Shown piece after piece: positions 37,774-63,670 of a stretch of DNA of 64,000 nucleotides. Numbering within the stretch: the stretch's first letter is position 1; every line of letters starts with the position of its first letter. The DNA is taken from contig CAVNZM010000007.1 in assembly GCA_963693365.1 (NCBI GenBank), forward strand, positions 3,779,962-3,843,961, in the 5' to 3' direction. This stretch comes from Amoebidium appalachense (Eukaryota > Protista > Ichthyosporea). Position numbers and translations under genes: made by a program. The notes beneath the pieces are model-generated. The model saw only the letters and a program-made list of their open reading frames with translations. It ran no database searches and was not told the origin of the DNA.

Positions 37774-40700
37774 TCCTCAACACAGCACCCTGATCTTCGA
37801 AAATCCACACCAATGGTTTGTCCGAAATCTTGCTCGCACTAATGCATCCCCCTCACCCCCCCCCCCCCCCCCCCCCCCCAAAGACACCCGGACAACCACG
37901 GCCGCCTAACAAATCCACTTGATCACGGGACCTTCCCCCCCCCCCCCCCCCCTCCCCTGCACCCTCCCCCCCCTCTCCAAACCTCAAATGTTCAAAATAA
38001 TGCATGCCGACCAGTATATCACGACTACCAATAAGGTGGCGGGAGCAAGACAACTTATTCGGCACCCCCGCCCGAGGAAGAAAGGGGGGGGGGGGGGGGG
38101 GGGAGGGGGTTTGAGCTTTAAGGAGATGGCAAGTCAGTGAAGCAATACCAGGGCTTTGAAGCATGGCCAGGCCCTATATCTTTATCTGTAGGTGGCTGAG
38201 CTAGTGCGAGATTGCATCCCCCGGAGGAAGAGGGGGGGGGGGGGGGGGGGGTTTGAGGGGGGAGGGAGAGAAGGGGGTGGGGGATACGCACGCAACAAGA
38301 ACCGTGCGGACCAATTTGACACGGGTAGGAATGCTCAGGTTGGGCCAGTACACGTCGCACGGCTCGGGGGCTGGGACAGCAAGGAACGCCTCAGAGTCCT
38401 GTGCGTGGAGCATCTGAACGCTGGCTGCCGCTGCCGAGAGGTCCATAAACGTGACGAAACCTGAACCCGAGGGCTGGTGGGGGAGGTGTTGTTGTTCCTC
38501 AACAAGGCGGTTGTACTTCTCCAACTTGCGTGAGAAGAAGTCGATCGAGTCCACCTGCAGGGGGTAAGGGTGGATGGGAGGGAGTCGGGGGAGGGGGGGA
38601 GGAGGGGGAGGGGAGGGGGGCGGGGGCGGGGGGGAAGGGGGGAGGGGGGAGGAGGGGGGGCAGGGGGAGGGGGGGGTTTGAGGGAGAGAGGGAAGGAGAG
38701 AAGGAGGGGAGACAGAGGAGGGGGAGGGGGGGGAGGTGGTTAGAATGTGTTACGGAGTATGAAGTACACGTTCACGGTGGGCAACACAATGCAGGATTTG
38801 CAAATCATGCAAGGGGTATGCTTCATAAGCAGAGTGAGCAGACGGGGGGAAGGGGGGGGAGTAGGGGGGCTGGAGGCAGAAAAAGGGGGTGGGGTGGGGT
38901 GGAGGGGGAGGGGAGAAGGGGAATGTTGCTTGTCAACACCAGAGCCAGATCAGGCCGACACAAGCGAATATATGAACGGGACTCCGGAAAATGAACGTTC
39001 CCCCCGGGAGGGGGGGGGGGGGGGGGGGGGGGGGAGGTCACGGGCACAGAAGTAAAGAGTTCACAGGCTCACGGCTATGTGTGGGTCATGCAGAGAAGTA
39101 ATACATACACAGACACACATGTTGACACTCATTTGAAGAGGGTTTGCTAAGTCACACTCTTGGAGGAAGGTGGGCAGAGGAAGGTGGGCAGGATGGGCAT
39201 AGCCACGGGGGGGGTTGGGGGGGGGGGGTGTGTTGTTGTTGTGCGCAATAGTGCCTGTGTATCAGCACAGTTTAAGCTCAGCTGATAAACACTCGATCGT
39301 TGGCAGGGAAAGCCAACACAAAATCCAGGTTTACCCACCTTCTCACCCCAAAGGCCCAAGAAGCCCGTCTTATGCTGGGGCCTCTGACGCTCCGCAGATG
39401 TGTCGTGATCGTGCAAGTACAGAACATGTTCGAGCTTGCGGCAGTACATGTCACGCTTGGCATAATACTCGTCCAGTTTAGAAACGTCATTCTGGGCAAG
39501 TGCATTGTGCACATTATTGTAGTACATGAAGTTGAAGAGTTTCTTCAGATTGTCATGGTGCGCATCCTCGGGAGGGATAGACTTCACCAGAACAGAGTAG
39601 GCGTGGGGCCGCTTGGTCTGTAAAGTCAATATGTTAGCCATGTTGGTTAAGTGCCCGAGAGCAAAAGAAGTACACGGGAGTAACTTTATAGAAACATGCA
39701 AAGCCAGTAGACCGAAACTACCCTGGACATAACCAAAACATCCAAAGAAAAGAAACCAAAACATCCAAAGAAAAGAAACTAACACGCTCTGGTTCCTACC
39801 TTGGAGGAGACTAGAAAAAAGACATCATCCCCAAACACCACATACCCCATCCCTTCGGGCTACAAGCACATTAGGAAAAAATCAATTCCAAGAAGCGCCA
39901 ATCCAAAGAGAAAGCAAGCCATCAAGTGGTCTCTCTACATACCTGGTTGAAGTGCACACGCAGCTGAACATATTCTCTGAACTCCTTGTTCAACATCCAC
40001 AGCGTAATGCCGGTAAAGAGGTAGACCGAAATGAAGTGCGCCCAGAGTCTCATGGAGCGCTGTGGGATATTTGCCATGGACATCTGGTCGAAGTTGGACA
40101 GACCATTTTCAGCCGTATAGTTGATTGGAAGAAGCACTCCAATCGAGTAGATTGATAAGGCAAGGAACAGGTGGGCAGCAAACCGGTATGAGCGGACAAG
40201 AACGAGGGCATCAAGACCGGCTGCCTCAAGAACCTGATCGTCTGTTAACTTGATGAGTGGAACGATCCAGCCGAACAAGGACTGCGGCAGATGCGGAATA
40301 CGGAGGTCACTGCGAAACAAATGTTAGTAAAGCCAGTGTATGCAGTAAAAGAAGTCATCTTCCGACAGCTACACTTGTCTAAGGGCAAACACAGAAAACG
40401 TATCTTAGTTACTACTTCAACACAGCAGCTTTAAAAATAACACGACAACATATAGCGGCGACCCTGATGTCACTAGAAGCTGTTTAAGTTAGAAAAACAG
40501 TTTCTAGTCACAGTAAGGTCGTCACCACCAAGCAAAACGATGATGAAAACATGGTTTTCCACAAACCCAGAACACCAAACAGAGGCGTTCATATCACACT
40601 GTTCCTGGTGAATGTTCATGTACGAAGCCGGATTTGAGGGGTGAATAGGGTGGGTGAGGGGAAGGGAAGGCGGGGGAAGGCGTGAGGAGAGAGGGGCTAA

Positions 40701-40880
40701 AGAAAGCACATACTTAAGTAGCTTCTCACGAGGAGCATAGATGCGCCTATGCTTTGTTCTCATGCACACAAAGACGAGGAAAACCACAGAGGCAATGGCA
40801 ACGTTAATTCCGAATGATACGGCAAAGGAGTTCAAGGACGTTGGGACCGAGGCGTCCTGGCTTGTCGTGTTGTTAGACAT
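35358..40880 (-). CDS. CSC1/OSCA/TMEM63-family mechano-/osmosensitive cation channel (RSN1_TM, cytosolic domain, RSN1_7TM)
   Basis: Six phase-consistent GT-AG exons: 40714-40880, 39943-40309, 39339-39617, 38292-38554, 37331-37536, 35358-36403. Motifs: RIYAPR, FGWIVP, GLDALVLVR, LLPINY, RLWAH, YSVLVKSIP, GFLGLWGEKVDSIDFF, GFVTF, APEPCDVYWPNL, IPVAAVQGL, FFINYV, YSTIAP, YQSGGQFFP. Confidence 0.93.
38738..38848 (-). repeat. Intronic family B copy in CSC1 intron 3
   Basis: Sense strand ...CTGCATTGTGTTG...GTGAACGTGTACTTCATACTCCGTAACACATTCTAACC. Confidence 0.6.
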
Positions 40881-42614
40881 CTTCAGAAGAGTGCCCACAT
40901 GGACACTTACACCTGAACTGAGCTACTACTATTAGCTTTTATGCTATAAGCTTTCCTTATTCAAATATCCTAGTTATTCTAAGACCTTCAAAAACGAAGG
41001 CACACCAAAAAAAAGAGGCACACGCTTTGAAAATAACTAAAAGAAAAAACTATTCCAGGAAGGCATATATATGCTTCTTCTGTTACACGCCTGCAAGCTC
41101 TCTTCGTTTTGTCACCACTTTCTTTCGCTCGCACCAACCGTGAGTCACCAAACTGGGCTGGAAACGAGCAACGTTACTCTTTCTTTGCAGTGACAAATAT
41201 ATCCCAAATTGCTGTTCGCGTAACCCTAATTAGAATATCAAAAATGACACAAGTGGATAGATCTCACGGAAATGCAGCACAATCACGCTTGTGTCGTGAA
41301 TAAGGCTAATCGTCTACAGAGGCTTCCTTTCTCTTTTAAATATAAATCATATCTGGCGCAATCGTTACTACTATACACAGCATACTAGGTAGAATTAATG
41401 TATAGACAGCCATTTGCATCATCATGCATGATCAGTGTCAGCTGAGTTATATCCAGACAAACTTTTCCTAAAAAAAAAAAAAAAAAAAAAAAAAAACTTT
41501 TCCACTGGCCCTTAGGGCAACGCTTCGAAACCAACCGCCTGCCCGTTCGGCGAAAAGACAAAGGGCAGTGGCACTGCCATAATTGGCAAATCTTTACCTT
41601 GTAGGTCTATTCTGGTTGGTTAATTACCTTAATCATTAGCGTACATTGTACCGATTAGCTAATAATCAGGCATTTTACTTAACAAGGCTTACTGATAATG
41701 ACCCACGCGCCGTCTTGTCCGGAGGCGGGCAAATGGATGCGCTTGTTGCAAGTTCTTTTTCTTAGACGGAGAATACAGCCATAACTGCTATTCTAATCCA
41801 CTATCAAACACCCGGAAAATCAAAATCATTTAAGAATATTCTATATTTTTAAAAGCCAACGCTTTTGATGTTGGAAAATACACCTGTTTTGGCCGTCAAA
41901 AATTCTAAATATTCAGGCTTGGCTCTGAGGGCGAATGATTAATCAAACAGTGAAGCCAATCAGATCTTGCAAAGGAGCATGGAATGTGTTCGGCGGGCTG
42001 ATATGAAGTTGGACCTCCATACACGACTCGTGACACGAGGCTACAACGAGACTCTTACAAGAGCACACGTGTTTGCTATTAACCTGTAGCCGTTGTGCGT
42101 CTCTTGGCGGTGTGGGCGGGAACCGTTCTGAAGATAGAAACCACCAAGTGACTCGGAAAACGTCACTGAAGGAAGAGCTGTCGCACTTGGAAAGATATTT
42201 GGTATCATCGTTTGAAACCGGCCGGTAATTGTTTGCAGGGCGGCCGGCATATTGGATGTGAGATCCACGTGTGTACATAGACAGTGTAATGCTTTGGTTC
42301 CTTTGGGACATTCGCGTCCACCTTCCGAGGGCTTTACCTGATCTTCATCTCACGTTTTTGCCAGTGTCAAGCTCAAGGCAGCAACGACAGGTCATTGGTG
42401 CTGTTGGTCAAGGGAGGAAGGCAGTGAGAGATTGGGAGCCGGAAAGAACCAAGGTTAGTGGGAATTCTCTGAGGGGATGGGGGGTAAAGAGAGGGAGGGA
42501 GGGAGGGAAGGAGGGGGGGGGGGGGGGGGGAGGGGGGGAGAGAGAGAGAGAGAGAGAGAGACGGAGAGGGAGAGAGATAGGGAGAGGGCGGGGAGGGGAG
42601 GGCAGAGAGAGTGA

Positions 42615-42670
<56 letters not shown>

Positions 42671-43159
42671 AGAGAGAGATAGAAGGGGGGGGAGGGGTTG
42701 TGGCGCGGGGGGGGGGGGGGGGGGGGGGAGGGAGGGCAGGGGCAGGAGAGCGTTACAGCCATAACGAGTTATAGGAAGTGCAGCCAACACACAGGGAGGG
42801 AGGTGCAAAGGGAGGGGAGAGGGCAGGGGGGGCGAGGGCAGGGGGGAAGTGGCGTGCTGGGGGACGGAGGTACTTCAAGTCGAGGGAGGGAAAGCATCGT
42901 GAAGAGCGAGAGGGATAGAGGGAGGGAAGCGGGAGTGGAGTGAGCAGAGACGAAGTGAAGGAGTGGGGAGGGAGGGAGGGAGGGAGGGGATGGGGCAAGA
43001 AATAGAGGAGACCGAGGGAGAAAGAAAGAGCGTGCGGCAGAGAGGGGGGGGGGGGGGGGGGGGGGGGGGGAGAGAGAGGGAGAGGGAGAGGGAGAGGGAG
43101 TGAAGGGGGTCGAGGGAGAGAGGTTTTGATGGGAGAGAGGAGGGGGAGGGGGGAGAAGA

Positions 43160-43169
43160 GAGAGATATA

Positions 43170-43262
<93 letters not shown>
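43160..43262. repeat. Compound (TA)n(GA)n microsatellite inside a ~1.3-kb purine-rich tract
   Basis: Directly visible runs. Confidence 0.9.
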
Positions 43263-43825
43263 CTGAGAAGAGAAAGAGGCGCGTGGAAGAGAAAGGGAAA
43301 TAGGGACCGAGAGAGAGAGAGAGGAGGGGGGGGGGGGGGGGGGGGGGGGGCTGGGGAAGGGAAAGGGTAGGCGTGGGGGGGTGGCTGGGGCAGGATAAGG
43401 GGGGGTAGAGTGGGTGAGACACTGGGCGGGAGTTAGTGCGGACAGGAGGGGGAGAGGGAGGTGGGGGCGGGGGGTGGGGGGGGGGGGGGGGGGGGGGGGG
43501 GGGAGGGGGGGGGGGGGGGCGGGTGGGTGCCGGGATGGTTGAGTGGGACGAAGAGAGAGGGCGAAGGAAGGGTGGAAGGGGGGCGCGGCAGAGAGAGAGA
43601 GAGGGAGCAAGCAAAGGATAAGAGGAGAGCAGGGAACAACTAAGGCTGGAGGGGGAGATGGGGGAATGGGTAGGATGGGACGTGGTGCGCTGGGGCAGGA
43701 GGACGAGGATGGGGGAGGGGGGGGGGAGGGGGGGGGCTTTTTTTTTTAGCCTTTTTTTTTTCACTAGGTAGTATGTGGTTTTTCCATGCTGTACACAGCT
43801 TATCTAGCTTCGTGTGCACACTTAG

Positions 43826-43857
<32 letters not shown>

Positions 43858-44170
43858 GTGCTGTTTGGGGGGGAGGGGACGGCGGGGGGGGAGGAAGGAG
43901 GGCTTGCTGAACTTTGGGTGAACGACGAACTGTCTGTGCAGTGCAGTAAAAACTAAGTATTACCCATCTTTAACCCTTTAACAATCTTCTTCTTCCTCTC
44001 TTCCTTTATACTTTTACCACTTTGATTATTTTTGCCTATGTACTTACCTTTTTTTATAAATGGTTTCCCCCCAGGTACACTTTGTATTCTTGCCACAACT
44101 CAGCAGCAACCGTCTTGATTATAAATTTTAAACCTCTTCTAAGCACGCATTTAAGCATAAAAACGGTGGG

Positions 44171-54232
<10,062 letters not shown>

Positions 54233-55664
54233 GACACATGATGCATGATTACGGACCCATCAAGGATCGACTTTCCAGAGGCTACCTTTAGGGAAGGGGC
54301 GCCGGCGTAGGGACTATCGGATATCATATCTGATGGATATGATGTTGTGATTCTTCATTTTTCGAATCACCTCTTCTTCTTCTTCTTCTTCTTTTTTTTT
54401 TTTTTTTTTGTTGCTGTGACGATGGGGTTCCCGCGCCCAGGGGGGGGGGGGGGGAGGGGGGGGGAGGGGGAGGGGGGAGGGGGGGGGGGGGGGGGGGGAG
54501 GGGGGGGGAGAGGGGCGGGGGGAGAGGGGGGGGGGGGGGGGGGGGGCTCGGCATGAATGGGGTGTGGTTTTACTGAGAATGTGTGGACGAATGAATGCAA
54601 GTGGTGATAATAGAAGCAGAATATGGTATGTATGCTCAGCCCAATCCCTGTTGGTCGGCTTTGTGCATCCTGATTTGACATGTGTCCTGCTGTCAGGCCA
54701 GTCTGGCTGGTATTTCAGTTACCCTTTAAGACCAATTTCTGTTTGCACAAATTTTGACCCGAGTGCGGCTGGTACCGATATTCTGCTTACTGTTCTCGGA
54801 ATGCAATTAGAACCTGGAACCAAATATGATCTATGTTCCATCCCTTCCCCCGGAGCACTCCTCCTCCCCTCCCCGGTCCCCTTTTTGCCACATCTCCCAG
54901 CTGTTGGGTTATAGCGTCTCAGGCGCCCTTTCATAGCCCCCCCCCCCCACCTTTTGTATATTGTTTCTGTTGTTTCCGCAACCTAGATATGCATACATGT
55001 AGATAGCAGCCGTTTGACATGTACACGCATTACACAGTCCTTGCAATACAGGGGGTGACTGAAATTAAGACCATTTGTACTTTGAAAATAGGGGCTAATT
55101 GTCTTAATTTTAAAGGGGCAATAACCTAAATGATCTTAAATTTTTACTGCAGTGGGTTGTGTCCGCGCGGGGGGGGGGAAGGGAGGGGACTTCTTTTCTA
55201 ACAAAAGTGGCCGACTATGCAAGCTAAAGGGCAGTCATATCAACTTGGCAAGACTTCAAACACTGATTTCACACACCAAAGAAAGCTCAAGTCCAATCAA
55301 TTGTGGTTCTGGCAGCTGGGGGCACACGTGGCTTTCAAATTGCAGGGCCTGTTGCACGGCGGTGTGTGCACATAAGGTGCATTTGCCAACGTGTGTGTGT
55401 GTGTGTGTGTTTGGGGGGGGGGGGGGGGGGGGGGAGAAGGGAGGGGAGAGGGGGGCTGTGCGTGCGTGTGCGCGCGCATGTGTGTGGGTGTGTGTATGTG
55501 GGTGTGTCTGCTAATGTGCTGCAGGTATGTGTATGTATATATATGTACGGTATGTGGACGAATTTAGTCTATGTGCACATGCGCGTGTGCGCGAATGCGA
55601 TTGTGTGTGTGTCTGGACATGCTTTCGCGTGCGCTTGGTGTATGAGTATGAGGCCATATGTACA

Positions 55665-55995
<331 letters not shown>

Positions 55996-56276
55996 CTCTC
56001 TTTCGCGCGTGTGCGCGCGCGCGCCCGTGTGTTTGTGTGTTTGTGCATTATGATACTATTATGTATGTGCGTGTGCTTGACAATCACAATCGTGCGTCCA
56101 GACCGATCTGTTAGGCCGTGAGTTGCGCTCAGTCTGTGTGTGCACAGCAACAAGGCTTGTGCACGCACGTCACTTAAGTATTATTATGTGCCCATACCCG
56201 CGCCCGGCCATTGCAAGTATAGTTTTTTTGACTTTCGATTGCATCGGAAAGCTAGTAGCAAACATTGACAATCCTT

Positions 56277-56309
<33 letters not shown>

Positions 56310-56345
56310 CCTCCGCCCCCTCCCTCCCTACATTTTTTCTTTCTT

Positions 56346-56417
<72 letters not shown>

Positions 56418-56754
56418 GTAATAGGTTTTTTTTGGCTAACCTTGAAGTATGTGATACACCTCGTGTGTTTAATATACCGAATAACATGATAGTTGTCCCA
56501 AACCGTTAATAAATTTTGAATTTACAGAGTCGGCTGGCTCTGGTTTTGTCCCCCTTCCCCCCCCCCCCCCCCCCCCCTCTTCCCCCCCTCCCCCCTCCCC
56601 CCCTCTCTTCCCCCGCTCTTCTCCCCCTCCCCACCCACCCACCCACCCACCTACACAGTGCACCCACCCCGTGCACGGCATCCCCCCCCCCCCCCCAAAA
56701 AAAAAAAAAAAAAAAAAAACGACGAAAAATATGTATATGTGCACACACGCACCG

Positions 56755-56804
<50 letters not shown>

Positions 56805-57905
56805 ACACACGCAGTGCCACACACACACACACAAAAAAAACACACACAATCACACACACACACACACACACACACACAAGCACACATGCACACCGTGGAC
56901 GCACACACACACACACACGTATGCACAAACACGCACACGCACACGCACACACGCACAAGCACACACGCACCGCACGCCATACACACATGATTATTATCTC
57001 TTGGCCGGTACCGTATAATAATCAGAACTTATAGCTCTTGCAGTGCTGCTTTGGTGCCACACAACGAACAAGGCCGAATGATTTTATGATCACTGCTTCA
57101 ATGAAGCTCTGTGTTCAGACATTTATAGAATAGTAACTGGGACAGTGGGTGCTGAAGTAATATAGCAGGCATCCGACCGCCGGATGCAACCGGTGTTTAC
57201 AATAAGTAGGGCCTAATCATAAAATGATAGGCGGAGGGGGCATGCAATAAGCAGCATAGTATCGCGCCATGTATACGGCGTAGCACCGTGCCGGTGAAAC
57301 CCGGCATGTCGCACTGTGTTCATGTGACTTATGCAATGCATGCGTGTGGCCACAAAGCACAAAGACACGCTGATAAATAGGTCAGCTGCAGCACAAATAT
57401 TGATGGTTAATAAACAGACCGTCATTCTCCTCTCCAAATATCGATGGTGCGCATGCTCACGTGTGAGAAGGCGTGATTAATATTCTTTTTTTATTTTATC
57501 ACATTTTGTTCCCGGAGGGCCTTTTCAGGCCCTCTAAGGAAACTACCGTCTACCACACAGCACCGACAGTACACTAGTTAAGGTGCTTCTATGAGTTCAG
57601 CTAAGCTAAACCATCCTTCACAACCTAACTATAAGTACACACTTTGCCCAGGGCTACTACCCCAGCCACGCCGGCAGGAGGCTCCAGTCCTCCCCTCCAT
57701 TCAAAACCTAGCAATAAACGTTAACCGAGGGCTCTCATTGGTCGATCTACAGTATTGGGAAGTACTAAGTGTTGTGTATAGTATTTACGGTGGGTATGGG
57801 TGGATGATGGGGTGTGGTTGTGGTGGTGGTGGGGGGTTGCTGCCTAACATTATGTGTTGTTGTACGTATGTTGTGGTGATGTTTTTGTGGACTAAATGGT
57901 GGGTT

Positions 57906-58961
57906 TTACAGGGCACGCACACTGGGTCTGTGTGTGTTCCGGCAGTCAGAACAGGCTGGCCGGGTGTGTGTGGCGGGTGTATTTGTTGGTGTCTTGGGTT
58001 TTTGGGGAGCCATACTTTTCTTTCTACGGGTGGTGGGTATATGGTGGTGTTTTTGCATTTTGGGGTGGGTGGGGGGGAGTGTTGTGTTCCGTGGATGCCA
58101 AATTTTTGAAAAGAAAAAGGACTGCAACTCTACTGTGATTTTTCCTAAGATGGCCCGGGTGGTGGTCTTGGTGGTGCCGGTGGCTGCAAGTAGTGGGCCC
58201 ACCGATCGTGGGCAGAATCCCCGTTCGACCCACTTGATGTCTTCGGGGTCTGGTGGGTCACCGTTGCCTCCTATCCAGTTTATCCATGCACATTGGTCTA
58301 CCACCGTGGCTGCCGTATAGTGGTGCTGTGCCGTGGGGGTGTTTGGATGACGAGTGTGCAGGACGTTGTGGATGCAGGCTGTGATGGCCGTGGTCAGGGT
58401 GGGGACCTCCCCGGCATGGGCCGGGCAGGCCCAGAGGTAGGTGGTGGTCTCAGGGTGTTGGCTGCACCGGGGGCATGTGGGCTGTGTAACGACGGTGGGG
58501 TGATCTCGGTGTAGCCGTGTCATGGTAGGCAGGGCGCCCATGGCCAGGGACAGGCTACGAATGTTGCCTCTGACGGCCCCGATGGTTGCCTGTGCGGGCC
58601 CCTTGTTGAGCTTGAGGGGGTTCCGTTCGGCTGGGAGCAGTCTGGGGTCGGCTAGTATGGACATAGCCTTGGTCTTGACGGCCATGTCGGTGAGGAAGTC
58701 CTTGTTCAACCGGTTCAGTGTACCGGGAATGTTGCCGGGGATACGGTGGCCTTGTAGTCGTAGGAAGTACTTCCCCCCCCCCGGGGCCGGAGGTAGGGGG
58801 GGGGGGAGGGGGAGGGCTCTTCCTGCATTGGCTGCCTTGTCTGCCTCGTTATTCCGTTGACCGTACCGTTTGGTGTTGAATTGGTGCCCCTTCACCCACG
58901 ATACCTGTACAGAGCCTGGTTGCCTTAGGGAGAGTTGGTCTCGTACGTGAGCCCATTCCAC
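57906..58961 (-). pseudogene. Retroelement ORF fragment: C-terminal half of RNase H plus Zn-finger region
   Basis: 351-aa open frame with WVKGH, NNEAD and CxxC motifs; frameshifts at both ends. Confidence 0.8.
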
Positions 58962-59100
58962 TACAAATGTGGGGGAACTTTAGCTTACGTCGAGGGGGTG
59001 TGGTGGGGTCCATGTTTGCCCCCCATCGGTCGACTACTCCGAGGTTATCGAGCTTGATGTGGATGGGGGTGGTGGTGGGGGTGAGCAGGAGGGCTAGTAG

Positions 59101-60818
<1,718 letters not shown>

Positions 60819-61194
60819 AGGGCTAGTAGTACCCCTGTGAGTTCGGCTTAGGTGGATGATAGGGCCGTATGGAGCCTGGCCTTGGCCGTCACTGGTGGTG
60901 CTTTCCGGTCCGGGGTGTCCAGCACAGCCCCGGCTCCGGCCTGGGCTATCCTCCTGCCCGGGCGGACGAGGCTGCCGTCCGTATAAACGGTGATCGGTTG
61001 GTCTGGGGGGATCAGGGTGATTTGCTGCTGCCACTCGTCATAGGTGGCCTGGGGCACCAAGTCGGTGTAGGTGAGCCTACGGGGAGTGAGTGGGCTCGGC
61101 AGGTCAGCCGGGTGGGCCGTGCACTTGTGTCCTAGTGGTGACCCTACCGGTGGTGGCTGCTGGGGGCGTGATGAATTTTAATACATATAATCAT

Positions 61195-61712
61195 ACATAT
61201 GGCCTCGCACCCCAGCACACAGACAGCCAGCATGCCAACCTGCAGACACACCCACAGAACCAACCAACCATGCAACATAGGCTCCTAGACCACTACACCG
61301 TAGCCACACTCTATGTCCAACACCATATCCTGCTAGGTAGCAACCCACCACCACCAGTTCCCTCCATCCTCCATATCCCCCGTAGGCGCCACCCACATCA
61401 CATATGCATCACACATTCCACCACTTTTGACGAACCAATGAGAGCCCGGTTTTAAAGTTTACTCCTACGTCTGGAGTGGAGGGGAAGCCTGGTGCTACCC
61501 ACGGGCGTGGCTGGGGTGAATACCCTGGGCAAAGTGTGATGATAGTTAGGATTCTTTAAAGGTGTGTTAGCTTAGCTAGTAATATTAATACCGTAGCACC
61601 CTAGTTAGAGTGCTGTCGGTGCTGGGTGGAAAACGGTAGTTCCCCCTGAGGGCCCAAGGGGTCCCTCCGGGAACAAAACGGGATAAAATAATAATAACAA
61701 TAATAATAATAA
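61195..61712 (+). mobile_element. 3' end of a diverged second copy of the outer RNase H LINE family, with a (TAA)n tail
   Basis: Reverse-complement similarity to 57490-57980: YVQHHILLGSNPPPP vs YVQQHIMLGSNPPPP, and shared ccaatgagagccc, ggcgtggctggggt, ccctgggcaaagtgtg, tgtcggtgctg, ccctccgggaacaaaa. Ends in taataataacaataataat. Confidence 0.8.
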
Positions 61713-61843
61713 AATGGCCCAGCAGGTTTTTTACTTGTTCCATAAATTTACACGGTTTGATTTCGGGGATTCAATTTTTGCAACGTTTTGTATTTTGTCC
61801 TTAAGGGCCACCTCCATACTTCTAACCTTCTAATGCATACAGC

Positions 61844-61892
<49 letters not shown>

Positions 61893-62297
61893 ACATGCAC
61901 CCTTCCTAATTAGCCCGTGCCGGCTCCACTCGAGCTTCAGACCCGAAAGCAATTAACTTTACGTTTGGCAACCGATGCGCACCAAACAGCATTAATTTGG
62001 ACCGACCCAAAAGGGCCCATAATCCAGCACAAGAGAAACCCCCTTTAAGATGTTGATTTATGGAGGCATTTTATTTACTTATATTATAGTCGTCAGATGC
62101 AGATTACAGGTCTCATTCATTGTGGCCCCCTTGCTAACAGCCGGGGGTCCAAAAGATACTGTTTTTATCTCAAAAAAACACCACCATTAATACAACAAAA
62201 ACAAACAAACATGGTACTAAGGGTTCAAGAGATGGGGCCTAATCGAAACACGCCGTTCAAAACCCTTCACGACTAAAACCAGGTTCCAAACACATGT

Positions 62298-62366
<69 letters not shown>

Positions 62367-62578
62367 AAAAAAAAAAAAAAGAAGAAGAAAAAAGAACAGA
62401 AAAAACCTTTCTACCCTCCCATCATGTATACTCCCATCCCCCACAGACATACAAACCCGTCATACCATATCCTGATATCTGGTTGCCACACCACCACTAC
62501 TCAAGAATCCCCACGAAAACTTTCCAACTGCAATATCACGAACACTGCATAGGATTACCCGGCATTGTGGCCTATTAT

Positions 62579-62658
<80 letters not shown>

Positions 62659-62912
62659 CACACACACGCAATATATAACCTATATATAGATACATGCAAG
62701 GTATGAGGTGACCCTGCAACTCTCAACGACATTACAGTATCTGGAGTGTAGCAATTCATAATCATATATCGCCCCAGCAGACCCCGCGCCAAAAACCAAA
62801 AAAAATAAAAATAAAAATAATAATAATAATAGGCAAAAAATGAAAAAAGAAAAAACAAGAAGGGCAAAAAAGAAAAAAAAAGGGTTCAAAAATATAGCCC
62901 AGCTAATAGAAC

Positions 62913-63008
62913 TTAGAACGTTTTCCTGTGGATGATGCTTGCACCATGCTCCTTCCATTCCGATGACGTCACCCACATCTGTTTGGCCATACGGCATGTC
63001 AGCACCAG

Positions 63009-63055
<47 letters not shown>

Positions 63056-63153
63056 AACTTCCCCCGTGGAACCTACACGAATCGGTGCTAGGAAGACAGA
63101 GGGAGAAAAAGAGAGACCAAGAGACAGTTCAAGAGAAAGAGGACGAGGGGGCC

Positions 63154-63208
<55 letters not shown>

Positions 63209-63670
63209 CCGGTAGGGGGGGCGGGGGTACAAGTACGGTGTCTGCTTCCCCTTATTGCCCCTCTAAATAAATGGTCTTGTATTTTGTGCGAGTGTGCCTG
63301 CGAACTCCCTAATATCATGTCAGAGGATGTCTGTATGTGTTAATGTGTGCTTGTCTTTTTTTTTCCCTTCTTTTTCCTTTGAACGGGAGAGGGGAAAAGG
63401 GAGGGGATGGCTCTTTGCCTATGGCACTCGCGGACGGGGAAGGGGGGGGCGGGGGGGAGGGGGGGGGGGAGGGGGGAGGACGAAGAAGAAGGGAGAAAAG
63501 GAAAAAAAAAAAGGAAAGAACAGCACGTGCCTTTTTGAATGTGTTGAGGGAAGCCAGAATAGACCCCCCCATCCACGTTGAAAATTTGCGCTCCTGGGGG
63601 GCCGATATTCTGATCTTGATGTCCTTGGGGGCCTGCCGCTTAACCTCGTTGAGGAGGCGGTCACCAAACC
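62913..63670 (-). CDS. ARP1: Actin-related protein 1 (centractin, dynactin subunit), last two exons 63531-63670 and 62913-62978; the rest lies beyond the window
   Basis: [47 protein letters not shown]|[21 protein letters not shown] matches the Arp1-specific C-terminus (conventional actin ends VHRKCF). Confidence 0.9.

Noticed and set aside
57168-57190. Small gcatccg/cggatgc hairpin resembling a bacterial REP
   Set aside because: A single 7-bp stem is expected by chance, and the context is eukaryotic.
61600-61692. HDV-like or hammerhead ribozyme
   Set aside because: There is no CUGANGA/GAAA core, and no consistent HDV P1-P2-P3 pairing could be built in both copies.
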